Below, piece after piece: positions 14,926-20,000 of a stretch of 20,000 nucleotides of DNA (position 1 is the stretch's first letter; every line of letters starts with the position of its first letter). The position numbers and the translations under genes were made by a program. The notes under the pieces were generated by a model. The model made no database searches. It worked only from the letters and a program-made list of their open reading frames with translations, and was not told the DNA's origin. The stretch is from an uncultured virus (IMG/VR IMGVR_UViG_3300009001_000010) (taxonomy: Duplodnaviria > Heunggongvirae > Uroviricota > Caudoviricetes), in IMG/VR virus record IMGVR_UViG_3300009001_000010, positions 53,280-73,279 of that record. One strand, written 5' to 3'.

Positions 14926-15788
14926 TATCTATTAATTAAACTAGTATCATTTAAAAAAGAAGAAGTTTTATTTAAATAAAGTGTATTTCTTTTTTTAAAT
15001 TCAAATGGAGCTAAAACAGTTATAGTACTATCTTCTTGATAAGAAGTACTGGTTTCATAAAAAATTAAATCAGTAAAATTTATACTAATATAATCATCAT
15101 GTTTAGGAAGCTCTCTAATTAAATGACGAGTAATAGATTTAGGATAACCTGAAAGCTTAATTATATTAATTGCCATGCGATTATCTGCTTTACTTTTTTT
15201 AGTAAATAAATGTTTAAATTTAAAACATAAAGATGTTTTTATATGGTTTTCATATGTAGGTTGTTTTGCTAAACCTAAAAACTTTTCAAAAATCAAAGCA
15301 TCTGTTTCTGATAATTTAAAAGAATAAGAAGTATTATCTTTTTTAATTAAATTATTAAAACGAATATATTTAATTTTATAATTTTCAAACCAAGAATTAT
15401 AACTGTAATTTATAGTTTTAGTTTTCAAATTATAATTTGAAAAATTATTAAAATCTACATTAAAACAAAAACGTTTATTGTAAATGCCAGTTTTTAATAA
15501 CTGCATTTTAGATTTATAATCTTTATATTCTTGAGTTTTTTTAAAAAGTTTTTTTTGCAAAGCAGTAGGATATTTTTGTTGAAGATCAAAAAAGTAAACT
15601 ACGTCTTTTTTATATAAAGCATTTATATAATTAAAAATACATTCAACTTTTTTAGTAAAATCATACTCTTTGAAACATTTAGATCCATAAATGCTATTAT
15701 TGTTATAAAAATAAACATCAGGATCTGTTTCAAAAGCAAAAATAGAAGAAGAATAAAATAAAATAAAACTAACTAGAAACACTTTCAT
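14925..15788 (-). CDS. Hypothetical exported protein
   Basis: Signal-peptide-like MKVFLVSFILFYSSSIFA; 287 aa; no recognised domain. Confidence 0.65.
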   Translation of the reverse strand: MKVFLVSFILFYSSSIFAFETDPDVYFYNNNSIYGSKCFKEYDFTKKVECIFNYINALYKKDVVYFFDLQQKYPTALQKKLFKKTQEYKDYKSKMQLLKTGIYNKRFCFNVDFNNFSNYNLKTKTINYSYNSWFENYKIKYIRFNNLIKKDNTSYSFKLSETDALIFEKFLGLAKQPTYENHIKTSLCFKFKHLFTKKSKADNRMAINIIKLSGYPKSITRHLIRELPKHDDYISINFTDLIFYETSTSYQEDSTITVLAPFEFKKRNTLYLNKTSSFLNDTSLINR

Positions 15789-16056
15789 AAAGTTCCTTTA
15801 ATTTAATAACTGATTCATTAGTAAGAAACTCTTTACTAGGAGTATTAAGTTTAAATATTTTTTGAGATGTTTTAACAGTGCGCCTTAAAGAATTAGGTTT
15901 ATCTAATTTGCAAATTGCAACTTTAAGTCTTGTAAAGTTTGGATCAGAAAGTAAAACTATTCCTACTTCTAGTGTTAATCCGCCATACCTAGCATTACCG
16001 CCAGGAACTAAGAAAAAGTCACCAGAGTTTACTTCTTGACCTATCATATCTAACAT
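15769..16056 (-). CDS. Hypothetical phage protein
   Basis: 95-aa ORF with AGGAG upstream; DMIGQEVNSGD resembles common small phage protein N-termini. Confidence 0.6.
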   Translation of the reverse strand: MLDMIGQEVNSGDFFLVPGGNARYGGLTLEVGIVLLSDPNFTRLKVAICKLDKPNSLRRTVKTSQKIFKLNTPSKEFLTNESVIKLKELYESVSS

Positions 16057-16065
16057 TTCATACTC

Positions 16066-17223
16066 CTAAAGTTTGTATTTAGATTGAACTTTTTCATAAG
16101 CATCAAATCTAGTAGAAGATAAAGAAGCTTTGAGTAAGTCTTCATGAGAGTCACAAACACTGTTATCAAGATTGTTTTGAATAACATCTTGATTCAAATG
16201 CATTGTATTTAAAAGATTAGTAATCTTTGTAGTAAGATTGCATATGAGGTGGAAGGATTGAGGCCAAATAATTCTTTCATTTGAAGAATGAGAGATATCT
16301 CTTTCCCACCAAAGGGTATTATTATCTAAAGCTACTTGTAAATTACTTTTAATATATCTAGAAAGACCACAAATATTTTCAGCTATTACAGGATTATTTT
16401 TATGAGGCATGGCAGAGCTGCCAGTTTGACCTGGTGAAAAATGCTCTTGTATCTCATTAATTTCATTAATTGCTGATAATCTAATAAAAATAGAAAAGCG
16501 CTCATAAAATGTTGCAAGCACAGTTAATGCATACATAGTATGGGTATAATAAAATCTAGGTATAATTTGAGTTGTAAAATCAGCTTGACAAAGTTTTAAT
16601 TCGCCTAATGTTTTTTTTGCAGCATCTTTATCAACAAAAGAAGATGTACCAACAGGACCTGTTAGTTTCCCATAAATAAAACTTTTGGCTTGATGAAGTA
16701 ATTGTAAAGCATAAATAATTTCTTCTTTGAATAATTCAAATCTATTTGCAAAAGGAAGTTGCTCAGCGTGTTTACCATGAGTTCTTCCTATAGCTTGAAT
16801 ATTATTTTCTTTACAAAATTTAATTTTTGTTTCAATAGCAGCCTTTAATTCTGTTATTAATTCAATTAAATAATTTAAAGACTCTTTAATTTGTAAAGAA
16901 AAAGCAGTATCAATAATATCGCTACTTGTTAAACCATAATGTAAATATTGATTAACTTCAGGGTATTTTTCATGGTAAATATCAAGTCGATAAGAAAGTT
17001 CTTTTAGAAAAGCAACCATTTCATGTTTTGTTCGTTTTTCATATTCAGAGAACATATAATAGTCAAATTGTTGCAAAGGATATAGTTTTTCATTATTCGG
17101 GATAATATTTTTATTTTTTAAAATATTATTTAAATAAATTAACTCTATTTTTTGCCACAAAAAGAAACGATGATCTTTACGCCAAATACGTTTTATTTTA
17201 AGATCTTGATATCTTTCAATCAT
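16066..17223 (-). CDS. purB: Adenylosuccinate lyase (shortened C-terminus)
   Basis: Fumarase-superfamily signature GSSAMPHKNNPVIAE; also HYGLTSSDI, GRTHGKHAE, ERDISHS. Confidence 0.92.
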   Translation of the reverse strand: MIERYQDLKIKRIWRKDHRFFLWQKIELIYLNNILKNKNIIPNNEKLYPLQQFDYYMFSEYEKRTKHEMVAFLKELSYRLDIYHEKYPEVNQYLHYGLTSSDIIDTAFSLQIKESLNYLIELITELKAAIETKIKFCKENNIQAIGRTHGKHAEQLPFANRFELFKEEIIYALQLLHQAKSFIYGKLTGPVGTSSFVDKDAAKKTLGELKLCQADFTTQIIPRFYYTHTMYALTVLATFYERFSIFIRLSAINEINEIQEHFSPGQTGSSAMPHKNNPVIAENICGLSRYIKSNLQVALDNNTLWWERDISHSSNERIIWPQSFHLICNLTTKITNLLNTMHLNQDVIQNNLDNSVCDSHEDLLKASLSSTRFDAYEKVQSKYKL

Positions 17224-18301
17224 TTAAAACATTCCAATCAATATCATTTTTAGGGGAAGCTGAGAAAATAATTTTAGGTGAAGATCTTAAATATCTAGTA
17301 GATTCAAAACTATGATTAAAAGCTTCTACAATAGCATTTTGCATAGCGTTTAAGTTTTTAAAAGTAGTCAATTCATTATTAAATACCATTGAAAATTGAT
17401 TAACTTGTTCGAAAATATCCCACTTGTTAATAACAACAATGTTGCAACCAGAAGCATGAGTAGAATGAATTAGTTCATCAAGATTTAAAAATCTTACTTT
17501 GCGTTGCCTACCAGTAGTAACTCCAAATTCTTTTCCTAAAGAAACAAGCCTATTTAAAACACTTTGGTATTTAACTAAAGAATAACTGTTTACATCAGTA
17601 TAAAAATTGGGATCTTCACCACTTCGGGTTTCATAACATTTAGCAACCCCAATAATGTTTCTAAATTTTCTAGGATCAAAACCTAAAGTGCCTGCAGCTG
17701 CAGCAGGTAAACAATGAGAGCTAGTAGTATAAGGATATCGTCCATTAAAAGGATCTAAATAAAAACCTTGAGCACCTTCTAATAAGGTATTATTCGCTTT
17801 AATATTATCTACAATATTAAAAACATTAATCAAATTAGAATCTTTAATTAATTTAGCTGTTCTATTGTAAAAATTAGCATATGCAGGAGCAATTCCTTGA
17901 TTAGTACTACCTTGCTTTGAATGATGGTAAGAAGAATCTTTTTCAATGTCTTCATTTTGAATTAAACAAACATTAGAAGAAATACTTAAATTTTTGGTTA
18001 CATTTATATTTGGATCAATTGACTTAACAATTTGAATTTCTTCAAAAAGTTTTTGTGCATTAATCACGCAACCTGAACCAATATGAGCAGGTTTATTATA
18101 CACAAGACTAGATGGTAATTGATGTAATTTAAAAACTTTACCATCGTCTCTTACAATAGTATGGCCAGCATTAGGGCCACCATTATATCTAATACAAATA
18201 TCATGTTGATTTGAATTGATTAAACCAGCAGTAATTTTACCTTTACCTTCATCGCCATATTGCAAACCAACAATAGCATCTACATTCTGTGTAAAAATCA
18301 T
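17216..18301 (-). CDS. purA: Adenylosuccinate synthetase (compact form with canonical PurA residues)
   Basis: GLQYGDEGKGK, GGPNAGHT, GSTNQGIAPAY, LLEGAQG, YPYTTSS, EFGVTTGRQR, NKWD. Confidence 0.92.
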   Translation of the reverse strand: MIFTQNVDAIVGLQYGDEGKGKITAGLINSNQHDICIRYNGGPNAGHTIVRDDGKVFKLHQLPSSLVYNKPAHIGSGCVINAQKLFEEIQIVKSIDPNINVTKNLSISSNVCLIQNEDIEKDSSYHHSKQGSTNQGIAPAYANFYNRTAKLIKDSNLINVFNIVDNIKANNTLLEGAQGFYLDPFNGRYPYTTSSHCLPAAAAGTLGFDPRKFRNIIGVAKCYETRSGEDPNFYTDVNSYSLVKYQSVLNRLVSLGKEFGVTTGRQRKVRFLNLDELIHSTHASGCNIVVINKWDIFEQVNQFSMVFNNELTTFKNLNAMQNAIVEAFNHSFESTRYLRSSPKIIFSASPKNDIDWNVLND

Positions 18302-18558
18302 TTATTTCCTTTAAAATAAGTTAAAATATAATAATTAGAAGATTTTAAATTTTCTAATTCAGATTCAGCAAGAGGCGGGCAAAGATAAATTTGCTCAGTT
18401 TCGTTATCTATACAAATTACAAAAGCAGAATAATTTTTAATTAAACTTTGTATAGTTATTAAAGCTGTTTTAAATCTTTTTTCTTTTTGTAAAAGAAGAG
18501 TGCTTTTTAAATATTGAAGCTTAGGCTTTTCTTTTAAAAAAGAAACAAAATCAATCAT
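18298..18558 (-). CDS. Hypothetical protein
   Basis: 86-aa ORF, ATGA-coupled on both sides. Confidence 0.6.
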   Translation of the reverse strand: MIDFVSFLKEKPKLQYLKSTLLLQKEKRFKTALITIQSLIKNYSAFVICIDNETEQIYLCPPLAESELENLKSSNYYILTYFKGNK

Positions 18559-18815
18559 TTTACATCGCCAATTAAAGTTCCAACAATATTAGTAAAAGCG
18601 ATGCAAGTAATTGCATAAACAAAATTTTGTAAAGAAAAACCATGAAAAAATATAGAAGAAAACAATCCTATCCAAAAACTTGTGCAAATCATACAATCTA
18701 GCATTTCATTTAAAATATCAGATTGATGAGAAAGCCACAATGCAGAACTTTCAAAAGCTTTGCTATGTACAATAAACCAAGTCAAACCATATACAAATAA
18801 ATAATAAGTAATCAT
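18555..18815 (-). CDS. DUF1360-like small membrane protein
   Basis: Hydrophobic segments around LDCMICTSFWIG (CxxCxSxW). Confidence 0.6.
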   Translation of the reverse strand: MITYYLFVYGLTWFIVHSKAFESSALWLSHQSDILNEMLDCMICTSFWIGLFSSIFFHGFSLQNFVYAITCIAFTNIVGTLIGDVK

Positions 18816-19327
18816 ATTTTTATCCTAGTACTTGAGCTGTTAGAAATAACAGCTAAACTGTTGTTTAAAGTTTCGATGCAGGTTTCATGAAAATCTTGTG
18901 CGTTATCTAAAAATTGAGCATGATGCTCAAAAAAATAATTATTGTACTGATCATTCAATACAAAAATAATTAAAGACCATTTTCTATCATGAAACTGAGA
19001 GTTAATTACAGCAGAATATTCTTGAAGAAAAATATTTAATTTTTGATTGTATTCATTAATTAATTCTTCATGTTTATGAGCTCTTGTTATATTTTCTTCA
19101 AAAAAAATTTTTGGAGACATAAACATATTTAGTTGAATTAAATAAAGTTTAAGCAACTCATCAAATTCTTCTTCAACTTTTTTCTTTAAGGTAGAGTATA
19201 GAATATCCTGCGATGTCTTTAAACGGGTCTTCAAGGTCTTCAGCATTATTAGTTGCAATCCTTTGGAGCTTGTCAAGCACTCTGGTAACATAGAGTAAAG
19301 AGGAATAATCTTCCGGCATAACGCCAT
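18812..19327 (-). CDS. Hypothetical protein (true start probably downstream of 19327)
   Basis: ORF from the track. Its first roughly 150 bp overlap the Nmad1-like gene, so the start is uncertain. The stop is ATGA-coupled to the next gene. Confidence 0.55.
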   Translation of the reverse strand: MALCRKIIPLYSMLPECLTSSKGLQLIMLKTLKTRLKTSQDILYSTLKKKVEEEFDELLKLYLIQLNMFMSPKIFFEENITRAHKHEELINEYNQKLNIFLQEYSAVINSQFHDRKWSLIIFVLNDQYNNYFFEHHAQFLDNAQDFHETCIETLNNSLAVISNSSSTRIKI

Positions 19328-19445
19328 TGGGGTAAAGTATTTTTAAAATTTCAGGAGCGGAATTATAAGCTGAACCATATTGTTCATTTTTAGTTTTTAA
19401 TAAGGTTGCTAAGCTTGTAGCAATTTCAAGAAACTCATTTTGCAT
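19173..19445 (-). CDS. Nucleotide-modification-associated domain 1 (Nmad1/DUF1599)-like protein
   Basis: KNEQYGSAY...RVLDKLQRI...EDPFKDIAGYSIL fits the KNxxYG...DKxxR...EDxxxDxxGY pattern. Confidence 0.7.
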   Translation of the reverse strand: MQNEFLEIATSLATLLKTKNEQYGSAYNSAPEILKILYPNGVMPEDYSSLLYVTRVLDKLQRIATNNAEDLEDPFKDIAGYSILYLKEKS

Positions 19446-19998
19446 TTAAATATTCTCTTTCAAAAGCATAATTCATATTAAAGTGTATTCTTTTTAATTC
19501 AGAAACTGGAGCTTCAAGTAATAATTCATTACAAAGCTTAAACATAAGTTTATAATCATTATTTCGGTAAGCAACCATAGAGCATTTATCTTTTAATAAC
19601 CATTCATAAATAGAAGAAGTTACAAATAAACAATTGGTGTCAACTTGTTGATTAAAATTAATTAATTCAATGAATTTATAAGCTTCTGAATATTTATTTT
19701 TGCTATATAAATAAGAAATTAAATGATAATAAATTTCATTTACTCTGTTTTCATTTATAATTAAGGCTTTAGGTAAAACATTTAAAGCAGAAGCAAGGTC
19801 ATTATTGTTTAAATAAATAGCAATTAATTTTAAATAAGATACAAAACGTTCTTCTGACCAACCATTCATTTTTACTCTGTTTAAATATTCTTGCTCAGCT
19901 AATTGATATTCTTGAGCTGAAAAATAAGATTGAGCTAAATAAAATTGAGATCTAGTATCAGTTGGATTTCTAATTAATTCATCTTTTAAAAGCTTAGC
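19435..19998 (-). CDS. TPR-containing protein, C-terminal part (probably a GT2 glycosyltransferase-TPR fusion); partial
   Basis: The track ORF extends in frame to the window edge: AKLLKDELIRNPTDTRSQFYLAQSYFSAQEYQLAEQEYLNRVKMNGWSEE, typical of the TPR tail of viral GT2-TPR proteins. Any catalytic domain would lie outside the window. Confidence 0.65.
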   Translation of the reverse strand, partial: AKLLKDELIRNPTDTRSQFYLAQSYFSAQEYQLAEQEYLNRVKMNGWSEERFVSYLKLIAIYLNNNDLASALNVLPKALIINENRVNEIYYHLISYLYSKNKYSEAYKFIELINFNQQVDTNCLFVTSSIYEWLLKDKCSMVAYRNNDYKLMFKLCNELLLEAPVSELKRIHFNMNYAFEREYLNAK

Positions 19999-20000
19999 AT

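Noticed and set aside
17216..18301. PurZ / 2-aminoadenine (Z-DNA) pathway
   Set aside because: It keeps the PurA Asp in GDEGKG (PurZ and PurZ0 have Ser), the TTGR Arg and a GTP-type KxD motif. No DatZ or MazZ gene is recognisable in the window.
1..20000. Stop-codon reassignment (TAG or TGA recoding seen in some large phages)
   Set aside because: Conserved genes are uninterrupted in the standard code. TAG and TGA end genes at plausible family boundaries (YkuK-like, amidase, SpoU).
1..20000. CRISPR array, transposon or intron
   Set aside because: I saw no regularly spaced repeats, transposase or integrase motifs, or interrupted conserved genes. The 3127-3210 repeat has only two copies and is in-frame coding sequence.

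Overview
A very AT-rich (about one-quarter GC by eye), gene-dense window that reads as part of a large or jumbo bacteriophage genome in the standard genetic code. Nearly all genes are on the minus strand and tightly abutting or overlapping. The one exception is a plus-strand endolysin (PG-binding domain plus amidase). Recognisable products: a Pol-beta-type nucleotidyltransferase, a Lon-like AAA+ ATPase with no protease domain, a tailless SSB, ThyX, a lytic transglycosylase, an AlkB-family dioxygenase, a membrane-anchored class III nucleotide cyclase followed by two small membrane proteins, a SpoU/TrmH methyltransferase, two Zn-dependent deaminases, a YkuK/RNase H-like protein, PurB plus a canonical PurA (not PurZ), an Nmad1/DUF1599-like protein, and a TPR C-terminus probably from a glycosyltransferase. 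The most unusual element is a compact non-coding cassette at 11695-11915 (minus strand). It holds a 50-nt tRNA-like element with no anticodon arm, a 93-nt three-way-junction RNA, and an atypical tRNA with a compensated A19-U56 elbow, all directly upstream of the tRNA methyltransferase. Family assignments come from recalled motifs, not database searches.
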